The position numbers were made by a program, and so were the translations under genes. A model generated the notes under the pieces. It did no database searches. It worked only from the letters and a program-made list of their open reading frames with translations, and had not been told where the DNA came from. A DNA stretch of 64,000 nucleotides from Candidatus Latescibacterota bacterium (GTDB lineage: Bacteria; Latescibacterota; UBA2968; UBA8231), in contig CBDFJF010000001.1 of NCBI GenBank assembly GCA_965248265.1, positions 128,001 through 192,000 on the forward strand. Direction: 5' to 3'. Below, piece after piece: positions 28,127 to 38,132 of the stretch. Numbering within the stretch: position 1 is the first letter of the stretch; each line of letters starts with the position of its first letter.

Positions 28127-28645
28127 CCTGGGCCGCCTGCAGCACATTCCAGGTGGAAATCGTATTGACGCGAAAAACCGCGTTGGGGCTGGCATGCGGG
28201 CTGGCGCGTGCCAGGTGCACTACCGCGTCGACACCCTCGAGGGAGTACAGCGTCTCGGCGTAGTCGGTGACGTCGGCCTGCCGGTAGTGGGGACTGGGCG
28301 GCTCCGCCCGGGCGGGGAGGTCCACGCCGATCACCTCGTGATCCGCCGCGACCAGCTCTGGGAAAATCCTGCGGCCGGCGCGCCCCCCACCACACCGGTT
28401 ACCGCTACGCGCATCGTCTGCGCTCCTGGTGTGCCGGGCGGCGCCTGGGGCGTAGGTCGGTCATCTCGGTGCGAGCGGCCTTTCGGTCGCGGCCGGCGCC
28501 AGCGTGTTGACCGCCTGCGTCAGAGCCTGCATGTAGCCGATAGAGTAGCCAAGGCTTGCTCGCTCGCCGCCCGCGCCGGTCATACTCGGGACGTGGTCCG
28601 GGATGGCGCAGCCGTCGAATCCGACCTAGCGCCGCCATCACCAGC
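28127..28645 (-). pseudogene. Degenerate inverted copy of uxuA 3' end plus epimerase 5' half
   Basis: Reverse complement aligns by eye with about 37915..38417, with indels. Confidence 0.85.
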
Positions 28646-28664
28646 CAGGCCAGTGAAATAAAGA

Positions 28665-28706
28665 AACCCCTGTCTCACTCCCGCCTTCGGGAACGAAACA
28701 GGGGTC
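28665..28706 (-). terminator. 19-bp stem hairpin downstream of the TWGxIK gene
   Basis: Minus strand GACCCCTGTTTCGTTCCCG-AAGG-CGGGAGTGAGACAGGGGTT followed by TCTTTATTT. Confidence 0.55.
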
Positions 28707-28774
28707 GGTTGTCAGCGAAAAACAGCAGGATCGGAGAGACCTGCGTTTTTCCAGAATCCGACGATCTTATCGAT

Positions 28775-29713
28775 TCATATGCCGGCCTTGATAGTGCCCC
28801 AGGTCTTGTCCTGGATCACCGTAAAAATATCCGGCTCCAACGGCGCTAATGCAAAATCGGTTTTGGGAGGGTTGTCCGGTCCGGGAGAAATTGACCAGAT
28901 GCCACTGTATAACGACTCCCAGGTTTTCCCACCAGCCGCTTTTATCTTGGGGTCCCTGTCTGGCATCATGATGTTTATGTGGTAGATATCCCCCTCCACG
29001 AGATCCACGAGTGGGGGGAGTGGTGAAGGCGGATCTCCTGAGGGTGTGGGTTCAAAATGATGATAGGACAGCTCGTAGTAGTAGGTCGACTCGCCGAACA
29101 TTTCGCCGTCGAAACTCCAGCCGAACTCCCAAATCTCCGTGTTCCCCTCTTGCAGAAAATCTGCAGCAGTTGACCACGGAAAAAAATCGAAATACCCGGT
29201 AATGCCTACCGACCCACCCTCGATGGGGGGAACTGCGATGAGGAAATGCGAGAGGTTTAAGTCCCCATCGGTGGCGCCCTCGTTCATGTCCTCCCACGGA
29301 ATGTTGGTTGCCACGCGGACTTCCCAGTCGTCGTCATCCCACAAGCAATTGCTCTCGGAGTCCCGGTCGTGTTCGTCGTCAAATACCAAGGTCGCGAAAT
29401 AGAGCCGGTCAGTGTTGTCATTCCACCCGATGCGGTGGCGTATGAACATGTCGTCCGGGTCGATCTCACCCCGTGGCGTCCCAGCATCGCCCAGCGGCCC
29501 AACATCAAATACCTGGAAAAGCAACGGGTTGGTGATCTCGTAAGTCGGCGGCACGATATCCCATTCCGAGAGGTCCCCATCAATCTGGGGAATTGCCCCA
29601 TCCGGCCACTGGAAGACGAAGTTGACCTCACCTGGTGGGGCGTGGGCCTTCGCCATTCCCGCCATACCAACTACGAGAAGCGCTGTCATACCCAGCAAAC
29701 TAATTCTTCTCAT
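28775..29713 (-). CDS. Secreted CBM9/DOMON-like protein with C-terminal TWGTIK motif
   Basis: ATG 29713 after GGAGG; signal peptide ..AKA-HAPPG; PQIDGDLSEW, GWNDNTDRLYFA, DDDWEV; ends IQDKTWGTIKAGI. Confidence 0.7.
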   Translation of the reverse strand: MRRISLLGMTALLVVGMAGMAKAHAPPGEVNFVFQWPDGAIPQIDGDLSEWDIVPPTYEITNPLLFQVFDVGPLGDAGTPRGEIDPDDMFIRHRIGWNDNTDRLYFATLVFDDEHDRDSESNCLWDDDDWEVRVATNIPWEDMNEGATDGDLNLSHFLIAVPPIEGGSVGITGYFDFFPWSTAADFLQEGNTEIWEFGWSFDGEMFGESTYYYELSYHHFEPTPSGDPPSPLPPLVDLVEGDIYHINIMMPDRDPKIKAAGGKTWESLYSGIWSISPGPDNPPKTDFALAPLEPDIFTVIQDKTWGTIKAGI

Positions 29714-29788
29714 CAGATGACCTCCTGGGACTGCGACGTCCCTTACAAGTGACCCTCTTGTCTGCTTACTTAATCTTAATAGGTAGTC

Positions 29789-29817
29789 AATGTATTGAGC
29801 GGCTTGCGCGAAGTCAA
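29789..29817 (-). promoter_or_regulatory. Sigma-70-type promoter
   Basis: TTGACT-N17-TACATT about 75 nt upstream of ATG 29713. Confidence 0.55.
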
Positions 29818-30100
29818 CAGGTTTGTCCTGGAACAACCTGCATGTCTCTGTTTTTGAATGAGTTATTCGTGCCATCCTGACGATGCCCATATCGCGTACC
29901 TATGGCCTGCGCGGAGGGATAAGTCCCCCGAATCGTGGCCTTGTGTCGTACAGCGCAACGGCGGCGGTCCGGTAAGACCGGGCGATGCCCCGTGCTGGCC
30001 GCAAGGAGAAAGAGCTGACCAAATCCGCGGCCCCGCCGTATGTTTGGGATGGATGGGGTGCTGGGGCGAGGCGGAGTCATCCTGACTGCGGGGAGCGTCT

Positions 30101-30319
30101 ATGGGTACCGAGAATGGAGGCGTGCGTGTGGCCGGCCGATGTTTCAGCCCGCGGGAGCTGGGCGTGGTCGCGCGGGTGGTCGCCGACGGGGAGGGGTTGA
30201 GCCGCACGCAGTTGATGGATCGGGTGTGCCAGCGCTTGGACTGGCGTCGGCCCACGGGCGCTTGCAAGATCCGGGAGTGTCGCACCGGCGGCATGGGTAT
30301 GCGCCGAAGCGGGTGCTGA
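30101..30319 (+). pseudogene. DUF4338-like protein N-terminal fragment
   Basis: GRCFSPREL...LSRTQL..RVCQRLDWRRPTG..K..ECR; truncated. Confidence 0.55.
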
Positions 30320-30332
30320 GGAATCATCTACG

Positions 30333-31250
30333 ATGATCGATATCCAGCTTCAACCGCAGGACTTCAAGGCCGTCGTCACCGTCGACGGTGAGCTGTTCAC
30401 GGCGTACCGCTACGGCCACTTCGTGTGCAGGCCCTACTTCTACCCGGTACTGACCCCTGGCGGCCAACGCCTCACGCGCGGGTACCCGACAGAGGAAATC
30501 GAGGGGGAAACCGATGACCACTATCACCACCGGAGCATCTACACGGCCCACGAGATGGTCAATGGATTCGATCTATGGGGAGAAGGTCACGGCCATGGCG
30601 CCATGCTGCAGCGGGGCGAACCGGTTGTGGGACTCGCCGGAGACGCCGCCGCCATCGACGGGATCGTGGACTGGTTCGGCCCCGAGGGACAGCGCCTGCT
30701 GGAGGAACGACGCACCATACGTATACGCGCAGTCGGCGATCTGCGAGTGATGGACCAGAGGAACGAGCTCAGGGCGAGATACGGGGACGTGACCCTGGGC
30801 GATACCAAGGACGCAGGGCTGCTGTCCCTGCGGGTGGCGACTTCGATGGACGCCACCGGCGATGGCCGCATCGAGAACTCGGAGGGTGTGGTCTTCGACA
30901 GCGGCCGTGGCGAGGAGGTGACATGGGGAAAGCGCGCTGCCTGGTGTGACTACTCCGGCGCCCTGGCGAACGGGGAGGAGTGGGGCCACACCATGGTCGA
31001 CCATCCGAAAAACCCCCGCTACCCCACCTACTGGATGGTCCGCGGCTACGGTCTGTTCACGGCGAATCCCTTCGGCGTCTCCCGCTTCGAGGCCGACGAC
31101 AGCATCGACGAGAGCATGACGATTTCAGCCGGCGACAGCGTGGTGTTCTGCTATCGCCTCATCATCCATCCAGGCCGCGGTCCCGGGGATCCGAAGGTAT
31201 CGGAGTTGGTCGAGGAGTTTGGGAAAGAGGGTTTCGTGATCCAGCTGTGA
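30333..31250 (+). CDS. DUF6807 / 'PmoA-family' beta-sandwich protein (not methane monooxygenase)
   Basis: RPYFYPVLTPGG..LTR, DHYHHRS, DHPKNPRYPTYW.VRGYGLF.ANPFG. Confidence 0.75.
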   Translation: MIDIQLQPQDFKAVVTVDGELFTAYRYGHFVCRPYFYPVLTPGGQRLTRGYPTEEIEGETDDHYHHRSIYTAHEMVNGFDLWGEGHGHGAMLQRGEPVVGLAGDAAAIDGIVDWFGPEGQRLLEERRTIRIRAVGDLRVMDQRNELRARYGDVTLGDTKDAGLLSLRVATSMDATGDGRIENSEGVVFDSGRGEEVTWGKRAAWCDYSGALANGEEWGHTMVDHPKNPRYPTYWMVRGYGLFTANPFGVSRFEADDSIDESMTISAGDSVVFCYRLIIHPGRGPGDPKVSELVEEFGKEGFVIQL

Positions 31251-31392
31251 TCGGGGTCCGGGTCGTCGTAGAGAGTGCTGGCGTAGGTGAGGTGATTGCC
31301 CTCCCAGGGGCGATCCGGCACCAGCGTCGGCTCCGATTTCTCGGCTTCCTGCACCGCCAGCCGAACTCCCTGCTCATCGTCATGGCAACCTT

Positions 31393-31869
31393 TCGGACTG
31401 ATCAATAAACGACGGAGAGAGTGCCGATTTGCGCGTCGTCTGTGGCGGCGTCCAGCGCCAGTCGGTACACATAGATCCCGGGGGGGACGAGCCGCCCGGC
31501 GGTGTCCCGGCCATTCCACCTGAAGTCATCCTGGCCGCTTGTGGACAGATTGGGTGGGAACTCTCTTATCCGCGTGCCGGCGAGGTCGAAGATCACCAGT
31601 GATACCGGGCTGTCCTCCGTCACGTCGCGAGGCCCGTACGAAATGATGGCCGTGTCATTGATGCCATCCTCGTTCGGCGTGAGGGGATTGGGGAACACAT
31701 CGATCTCCACCAACAGGTCGCCACCCACGAGGGTCGTCACGCTCAGGGTGTTGCTGGAAAACCGGTAGGTCGCGTCTCCCGGTTCGACTCGCTGTTTGAC
31801 CTGGCCCGGATCCGTGCTGTTGGACACCCATCCTCTGAATTCGGTGCCGAAACGCAGCACCGCAACGTC
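31393..31869 (-). pseudogene. 477-bp duplicate of the 3' end (FlgD domain) of 5439..7625
   Basis: Colinear direct repeat of 5430..5906, roughly 90% identical by eye; no 5' gene part. Confidence 0.9.
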
Positions 31870-31989
31870 AGATAGAAGACCCACAGGGGTACCTGCACGA
31901 TCGGAAAGGAGAGTTGCTCTCCTTCTTCAACACCCCTGCCGCCATCGTCCTCAGCCGTGTTCGAGCGCCGCCAGGCGCGCTCAAGCGTG

Positions 31990-34095
31990 TCAGCTACGGC
32001 GCAGGTACAGGACACTCATTCCGTAGACGATGAGGCGTGGAATCGTGAAGCTGAGGTTCGATCCGCTCGTTTCGTGTTCCAGCACAACCGGCTCTCGCAT
32101 CTCCGGATAGCGCCACTCCACCCGCTCTACCTGAAAACCGTCCGGGACCTCACACTCGGCCTGCAGCGGCCCGATTGGAATCGGTATTTCGATAGCGGCC
32201 TCCTCGTCCTGTCGGTAGTTGATCCAGTGCAGGACCAGAGCGTCAACTGCGTGCGGACGCCATGCCCGCACACGCACGAACCAGGGGGCATCCGTGACGA
32301 GCCGGGGGCCGCCGACGAGCTGTTCCAACTCCGTCAGGAACTGTTGACCAAAGGTGTCGTCCTCGAGCCTGGGGTTGATGGGCATCTCGGCGTCGAGTCC
32401 CTTGATCAACACCATTTCCGGGCGCCAGGGGCCTGTCGGAATGTGCATCATCCGACCGCGACCAGATTCTACGAGAGCTGCGATCGATCCGACGGCGGGT
32501 GCTCCACGCCATGCCTGGAGCAGTGGCTCCTCGTGCGCCGACCCGTCTGTGTCGCGACGGCCCGTATTGCCGGTGAACACCAGAGAGCCGCCGGCGCGGA
32601 CAAACTCCTGTAACCGTTCGCCCTCTGCAGCGCTCAGCCGCTCAACGTCCGGCAATATCAGCACATCGTAATCACCGGCGCGCTCCATCAGCTGTTCGTC
32701 GAGGATGATGTCGAAGAGCCAGTGCCCGCTCTCCAGGAGCTGTCCCAGTCTCTTGAGTGCGTCGAGGCAGTCCATCTCCGCCAGCAACTCGGCTCTTCTA
32801 GGGTAGACCAGGGCTATTTGGGACCACGACATCGCCGGGTGGAGTAACTCCTCCTGGGCCGCCATGAACCGCTGGTACCGAATGACGGGGCCATAGTAGT
32901 CCTCCGGCGCTACGTTGCCGCTATCTTCCTCCTCCAGCCCAGGCGGCCCGGAATGAAAAGCCACTGCCGTCCCGTGGTGAGCGCATGCCTCGGCCACCAA
33001 CACTCGCCAGCGCCGGTAGTCGTACTTGTTTATGACGAAGGGTCGGCCTCCCCCGGCGGCGTACATGAAGCGGGCGGGCAGGCCCATATCGGCCAGGTAC
33101 CCCTGAGAAAGTGAGCTGCCCCATTTGTAGCGTCCCTGACTGTACCAGATAAAATCCTCACCCTTCGCCCACAAATCCCGAGGTAGCAGGCTGCGCTCGT
33201 CTTGGGGTTTGAAATCGTACTTGTGATACCACTGGGCTAGCAGCAGCCCCGGTTTGAGAGAACGGCCGTATCCGGCGAAGATTTCGTCGAACGACTCTTT
33301 GCGCCGGTACGCGGCCCCCTGGCTGAGGATAAACTCCAAATGAGCCTGCGCCTCCTTGGAACAGTCAGGCCCCGGTGAGAGGAGATCCGTTACCTGCTCA
33401 AGATCGGCGTTACCGTAAATATGCTGGAGTTCCTCCTCCTGCAGCCGCGTACGGAGCCACGAGCTGGCGTATTGCCGACAGTGTCGGCAGTGGCAGAAGG
33501 ACTCGAAGTGGTAGGTCGCGTTAAAGCCGTCGAGCCCAATTTCGATTCCCTTCCGCACCATGGCCTTGAGGACATCGAGCCACAGAGGGTTGTACATGCA
33601 GCCGTGATATACGCGATACGGCCAACCCTTTGTGCTCTGCCACTTGAGCGAACCGTCTAGGTTCCGCTGCGATACTTCCTGGGCTCCACCACACGGCGGT
33701 GAGCCCAAGAGGTCGTCAGTCCACAGGTGCTGCCAGGTCTCGCCAAACAGACCTCGCCCCCTCTCGTGGTCACCGAGGAACATGGCAGTCGAAAAATGGC
33801 CGACGACTTGCGCACCGGCCACATGTATCTGCAGAATTACATCCGCCGCGAGTTCCAGGTTGGCCTTCGTGCCGACTAGTGGCATTCCCACCCACCATCG
33901 CTGGACCTTGTCGTCCTCAGCGAGCGAATAGAAATCCGCCCCAAAGTGCCCGACCTGCACTACCTGTATCTGCGCACGGCGAACGTGATCGACGACCTGG
34001 TCCACCTTGGGTAGTATCCAGTGTTCGATGATACGGCTGATGTGGCGATACTCGTCCATTTCTCTGCCTTGGTTAGATGCCAATCTGAACCTCAC
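31990..34095 (-). CDS. Putative glycoside hydrolase-like TIM barrel with GATase-like/beta-galactosidase trimerisation domain
   Basis: CMYNP.W, FCHCRHC, IALVYP, YDVLILPDVERLS...FVRAGGSLVFTG. Confidence 0.6.
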   Translation of the reverse strand: MRFRLASNQGREMDEYRHISRIIEHWILPKVDQVVDHVRRAQIQVVQVGHFGADFYSLAEDDKVQRWWVGMPLVGTKANLELAADVILQIHVAGAQVVGHFSTAMFLGDHERGRGLFGETWQHLWTDDLLGSPPCGGAQEVSQRNLDGSLKWQSTKGWPYRVYHGCMYNPLWLDVLKAMVRKGIEIGLDGFNATYHFESFCHCRHCRQYASSWLRTRLQEEELQHIYGNADLEQVTDLLSPGPDCSKEAQAHLEFILSQGAAYRRKESFDEIFAGYGRSLKPGLLLAQWYHKYDFKPQDERSLLPRDLWAKGEDFIWYSQGRYKWGSSLSQGYLADMGLPARFMYAAGGGRPFVINKYDYRRWRVLVAEACAHHGTAVAFHSGPPGLEEEDSGNVAPEDYYGPVIRYQRFMAAQEELLHPAMSWSQIALVYPRRAELLAEMDCLDALKRLGQLLESGHWLFDIILDEQLMERAGDYDVLILPDVERLSAAEGERLQEFVRAGGSLVFTGNTGRRDTDGSAHEEPLLQAWRGAPAVGSIAALVESGRGRMMHIPTGPWRPEMVLIKGLDAEMPINPRLEDDTFGQQFLTELEQLVGGPRLVTDAPWFVRVRAWRPHAVDALVLHWINYRQDEEAAIEIPIPIGPLQAECEVPDGFQVERVEWRYPEMREPVVLEHETSGSNLSFTIPRLIVYGMSVLYLRRS

Positions 34096-34149
34096 CGCGG
34101 CGCGAACAGTCGCGCGTGGTGAACATCCCAGGCAGCCAGGTGCGCCAGG

Positions 34150-34380
34150 AGGCCGCTGCGTTCATATTCATGCTCGCCGCGCATCGCGCTCCCCGACTGC
34201 GGTGCATGCGTGGCCTGCAAGCAGACACGACACTAGCTGCGTTGTTCAAAAGCCTCGCAACGGTGATCGGGGATACACCTCATCCATACAACTGGAAAGC
34301 GGCCGCATCTTCACGACAAGCTACGCGAAAAACGCCCGCGGCATTACTGAAATCCACGGGGACTCTTGGGATTTGCCGTG
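34150..34380 (+). pseudogene. Sialidase/BNR-like beta-propeller C-terminal fragment
   Basis: GDRGYTSSIQLESGRIFTTSY resembles the GDxGYPxSVQLxDG terminal blade. Confidence 0.5.
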
Positions 34381-34574
34381 GGCCTTATTGGTGCGTTCGG
34401 AAAGCGGTGTCTGATGGCCTTTTCCGTTTATCTGAGCAGACTCCTGAGCGCCCACCGAAATGAAAATCGACCCCCAGCAGGCCAGACCCGATTCAGCATG
34501 GTCCAAACGGGAAGGCTTACCCCGGCGTAGACAAATCACCCAATCGTGTTAATGTGTTCCATTTGCATAGCCGG

Positions 34575-35470
34575 TCAATAGACAACAGAAACGATGCCGG
34601 TTCGCTCATCACCTCTCTCGACTTTGATTGCTAATCTGTATACATAGGTGCCGGGCGGGACCAGCGCACCAGAACTATCGTGCCCATTCCATTCAAAGTG
34701 GAACTGGCCGCTTGCACCAATTATGGGAGGAAGCTCCGTTATCGGCATGCCTGCAAGATCGAGGACCTGCAGCGTTGCTACTCGCTTCTCCGTGACGTCG
34801 CGAAGTCCGTAGGCGATAGTTACCGTCTCGTTGATGCCATCCCCATTCGGCGTGAAGGGGTTGGGAGATACATCCACATTGACCAACAGGTCACCAACCA
34901 ACGGGGTAGTCACGCTGAGGGAGTTGCCGGAGAACCGGAATGTTGCATTACCCGGTTTGATCTGCTGCACGAATCGGTCGGGATCTGTGCTGGTGAACAC
35001 GCCCCTCTGAATTCCGTGCCAAAACGCAACACAGAGACGTCGAAGACGACCTCGATCTGTTTGGCACTATCCTCTTCGCCCTTGAGTTTGGGAAAACCTA
35101 CCACGACCCGGTCCTCCTGTATGATAGGCGGGAACATACTTCGGTCGACGTCCACACCGTCGACCTTGATCGACCGGATCGTATCGACGCGGGCATGAGT
35201 CAAGATTTCCAAGCGATCGAACCCCTCATTGCTCTCCAGAAGTGTGGGACTTACCGCGTAGGTAAAGGTGGTTGGTTCGAACGAATCTACCTTGGATGGC
35301 CAAACCTCCCCCACAATTTCGTCGGCTGCAAAGTCCTCTTCTAAGCGCAGCGTCAACTCGTCGAGCCGCGGCGCTGAGTTGAGTGTGGCCCGGAACTTGA
35401 TCTCGATCTGGACGTACCGGCTCCTTGGGAGAGAAAGAAAGGATGTCCCGTCCTTCCAGACCTCGGGGAA
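34575..35470 (-). pseudogene. 5'-truncated, frameshifted FlgD-family paralog
   Basis: SRYVQIEI..APRLDELTL...VLRFGTEFRG, frameshift at about 35002, then PNPFTPNGDGINE...VSVVY*. Confidence 0.85.
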
Positions 35471-35479
35471 AAAAGTCGA

Positions 35480-35656
35480 ATTGCGGAGGCTGGTCTGAAA
35501 GACAATGGCGAGTCGAAGTACAGTGGTGCCTGGTCAATTTCTCCCGGACCGGACAACTGGCCGGAAGTCGACTTCGTGATGGCGGAGTTGGAGGACGTTG
35601 ACTTTATGACCGCGATCGAGGACAAGACCTGGGGTACTATCAAGGCCGGCCTATAA
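35480..35656 (+). pseudogene. 3' fragment of a TWGxIK-tailed paralog of 28775..29713
   Basis: YSGAWSISPGPDNWPEVDF...AIEDKTWGTIKAGL*. Confidence 0.85.
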
Positions 35657-35731
35657 ATCAATAAGATCGTCGGACTCTGGAAAAACGCGGGTCTCTTCGA
35701 TCCTGCTGTTTTCCGCTGACGTTCCTCAACC

Positions 35732-35773
35732 GACCTCTGTTTCGTTCCCGAAGGCGGGAGTGAGACAGGGGTC
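35732..35773 (+). terminator. Hairpin homologous to 28665..28706, between convergent genes
   Basis: GACCTCTGTTTCGTTCCCG-AAGG-CGGGAGTGAGACAGGGGTC. Confidence 0.55.
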
Positions 35774-35820
35774 TCTCTATTTCACTGGACACCTGCCGAT
35801 CGGTGACCTGACATTGTGGC

Positions 35821-36873
35821 TTATCCACTCTGCTGCTCGGGGAAAGGGGCCCGCAGATCGTAGCGTCCTTCCTTCAGGACCGGTAAGGTGTCGTCTGCGA
35901 CCATCATGTCCAAGGGGCACTCGCGCGTCGTCAACGGCATGGTCACGACGCCCTTGATGCGCAGGGACTCGAAGATCGCCATCATGATCTCAAGCGTGTA
36001 ACGCGCCTGCCCGGCGTTGCTGCGGTGGCTTTCTACCCGGCCTTCGATCCAGTCGATTAACTCTTGATACTGATCGGTGGAAACGGGCGGGGGTTCGATC
36101 TCTCGCCAATCACCCTTGGCATCGCGATGCAGCATCAGTTTGCCCTCCTCTCCCCGGGCGATCTTGCCTTCCGTGCCGGTAATCTCGGGCATCGAGATCA
36201 CCGGGCCCGGCAGATCGCCTTCATAGATCCCACGAGCCCCACCTTCGAAACAGACCAATCCCATGCATAGATCCTCGCACCTGCTGCGTCGCTCCCAGCG
36301 ATCGGTGGTGCGGCTGACTTGGCCGATGACCCAGAGTGTTTCGGGGTCCGAGAGGTAATAGCGCCATGAGTCGATGGCGTGAGTGGCGGTGTTGAGCAGC
36401 CCGGCGTCGGGTTTGGCGATGTAGTGGACGATCCGCGGTTCGCCGATGGCGCCGGCTGCAACCAGGCGGCGAATCTCATTCAGGTCCGGGTCGAAGCGCC
36501 TATTGTGGCCGATGGCGAGCTTGACGTCGTGCTCGTCGCAGGCGGCGATCATGTCGTCGGCGTTGCCGAGATTGTCGGCGATGGGTTTTTCGCCGAGGAT
36601 TGCCTTTACCCCGGCTTCAGCGGCGGCGACGGTGGCCGCCGCGCGCGCGCCCTGCCAGGTAGGGATGCTGACGATGTCGAGATTCTCATTTTCCAGCATT
36701 TCGTCGTAGTCGGTGTAGGCCGCCGGCACCGAATACTCTGCGGCCAAGCGTTGGGCTGACTCCTGCGAGATGTCCGTGGCCGCCATGACCTCGGCATCGT
36801 CGCGTTGGCTCCAGCTTCTGGCGTGCGAACGGCCCATGGCGCCGCAGCCGATGATTCCCACTCGATAAGTCAT
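35821..36873 (-). CDS. Gfo/Idh/MocA family oxidoreductase
   Basis: VGIIGCGAMG, EKP and GHNRRF motifs; start at ATG 36873. Confidence 0.9.
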   Translation of the reverse strand: MTYRVGIIGCGAMGRSHARSWSQRDDAEVMAATDISQESAQRLAAEYSVPAAYTDYDEMLENENLDIVSIPTWQGARAAATVAAAEAGVKAILGEKPIADNLGNADDMIAACDEHDVKLAIGHNRRFDPDLNEIRRLVAAGAIGEPRIVHYIAKPDAGLLNTATHAIDSWRYYLSDPETLWVIGQVSRTTDRWERRSRCEDLCMGLVCFEGGARGIYEGDLPGPVISMPEITGTEGKIARGEEGKLMLHRDAKGDWREIEPPPVSTDQYQELIDWIEGRVESHRSNAGQARYTLEIMMAIFESLRIKGVVTMPLTTRECPLDMMVADDTLPVLKEGRYDLRAPFPEQQSG

Positions 36874-37009
36874 TGGCTTGTGTTCCCCCCGTGGATGGTG
36901 AGCGCCATCAACATCAACGCCAAGATAGCGCATCGACGGTAGCATTAGTAGGTGTCAGCCTGAACACATTGACGGGTAAACGCGAAGGCGTTTATGTTCC
37001 CGAATCACC

Positions 37010-38086
37010 ATGGGCACCCCATCTGAGCGATCGGCTTCCTATCCGCTGCGCGCGGTTCCCGGGTACTACGGCACCCATTCCGGCATTCAGATCGGCACCT
37101 ACGTCCCGGCGCTGGCCGGCGACGACGAGCTGCGATTCCTTCAGCAGCTCGGCGTCGAGTGGGCGATGCTCGCCGTGCCCGACCAATCGCTTCACAGCGT
37201 GGCGAACTACAAGGCCTGGATTGACCGGTTTGCGCGCTTCGACATCCAGATCTACCGCATCGCGAACCAGAGCGTGCACAACATGGAGGCGGTCACTCTC
37301 GGGCTCGATGCCCGGGACCGCAAGATCGACGAGTTCATCGCCTTCATCCGCGACCTCAGCGCTGCGGGCATCCACTACAACACCTACGCGCACATGGCGA
37401 GCGGCACCTGGACTTCCGGCCTGACCACCGGGCGTGGCGGCATCGAGGCGCGCACGCTGGACCTGCGCGACGCATGGGGGCGCTGGGACGGCAAGCGATT
37501 CGATGGCGAACTGCCTCACGGGCGCCGCTATACTGAGGACGAACTGTGGGACAACTACGCCCACTTCATCGCCAGGGTGGCGCCGGTGGCTGAGGACGCG
37601 GGGGTGTACATCGGTATCCACCCGGATGATCCGCCGGTGTACCCGCTCGGCGGGGTACCCCGGTGCATCTTTGGCACGTTTTCCGGCTACCAGCGGGCGC
37701 TGGAAATCGCCGCCAGCGACCACATCGGCGTGTGTCTTTGCGTCGGCTGCTGGCTGGAGGGAGGTGCCGCTGGTATGGGTGCCGACGTGGTCGAGGCCAT
37801 TCACACGTTCGGCAAGCAGGGCAAGCTGTTCAAAGTGCACTTTCGCAATGTGACCAACCCGCTGCCGGAGCCGTGGCGAGAGACACTGATGGACGAGGGC
37901 TACATGGACATGTCGCTGGTGATGGAGGCGCTGGGCGAGGTCGGATTCGACGGCTGCGCCATCCCGGACCACATCCCGAGTATGACCGGCGCGGGCGGCG
38001 ACCAGGCAGGCCTTGGTTATTCCATCGGCTACATGCGGGCTCTGACACAGGCGGTCAACACGCTGGCGCCACGCGCGCCGCCGTGA
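37010..38086 (+). CDS. uxuA: Mannonate dehydratase (UxuA) family protein
   Basis: IHPDDPP, CVGCWLE, KVHFRNV, DEGYMDM, PDHIP motifs. Confidence 0.8.
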   Translation: MGTPSERSASYPLRAVPGYYGTHSGIQIGTYVPALAGDDELRFLQQLGVEWAMLAVPDQSLHSVANYKAWIDRFARFDIQIYRIANQSVHNMEAVTLGLDARDRKIDEFIAFIRDLSAAGIHYNTYAHMASGTWTSGLTTGRGGIEARTLDLRDAWGRWDGKRFDGELPHGRRYTEDELWDNYAHFIARVAPVAEDAGVYIGIHPDDPPVYPLGGVPRCIFGTFSGYQRALEIAASDHIGVCLCVGCWLEGGAAGMGADVVEAIHTFGKQGKLFKVHFRNVTNPLPEPWRETLMDEGYMDMSLVMEALGEVGFDGCAIPDHIPSMTGAGGDQAGLGYSIGYMRALTQAVNTLAPRAPP

Positions 38087-38132
38087 TCGACCTGCGCCCC
38101 AAGCGCCGCCCGGCACTCCAAGAGCCAATACG

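Noticed and set aside
30101-30319. Druantia anti-phage system (DUF4338)
   Set aside because: Only a ~70-aa N-terminal fragment, with no helicase or other dru genes.
30333-31250. Particulate methane monooxygenase subunit
   Set aside because: Soluble protein with no TM helices and no pmoC/pmoB; the 'PmoA family' label of this domain is misleading.
31393-31869. Template/variable repeat pair of a diversity-generating retroelement (with 5430..5906)
   Set aside because: Mismatches involve all bases rather than template adenines, and no reverse transcriptase is in the window.
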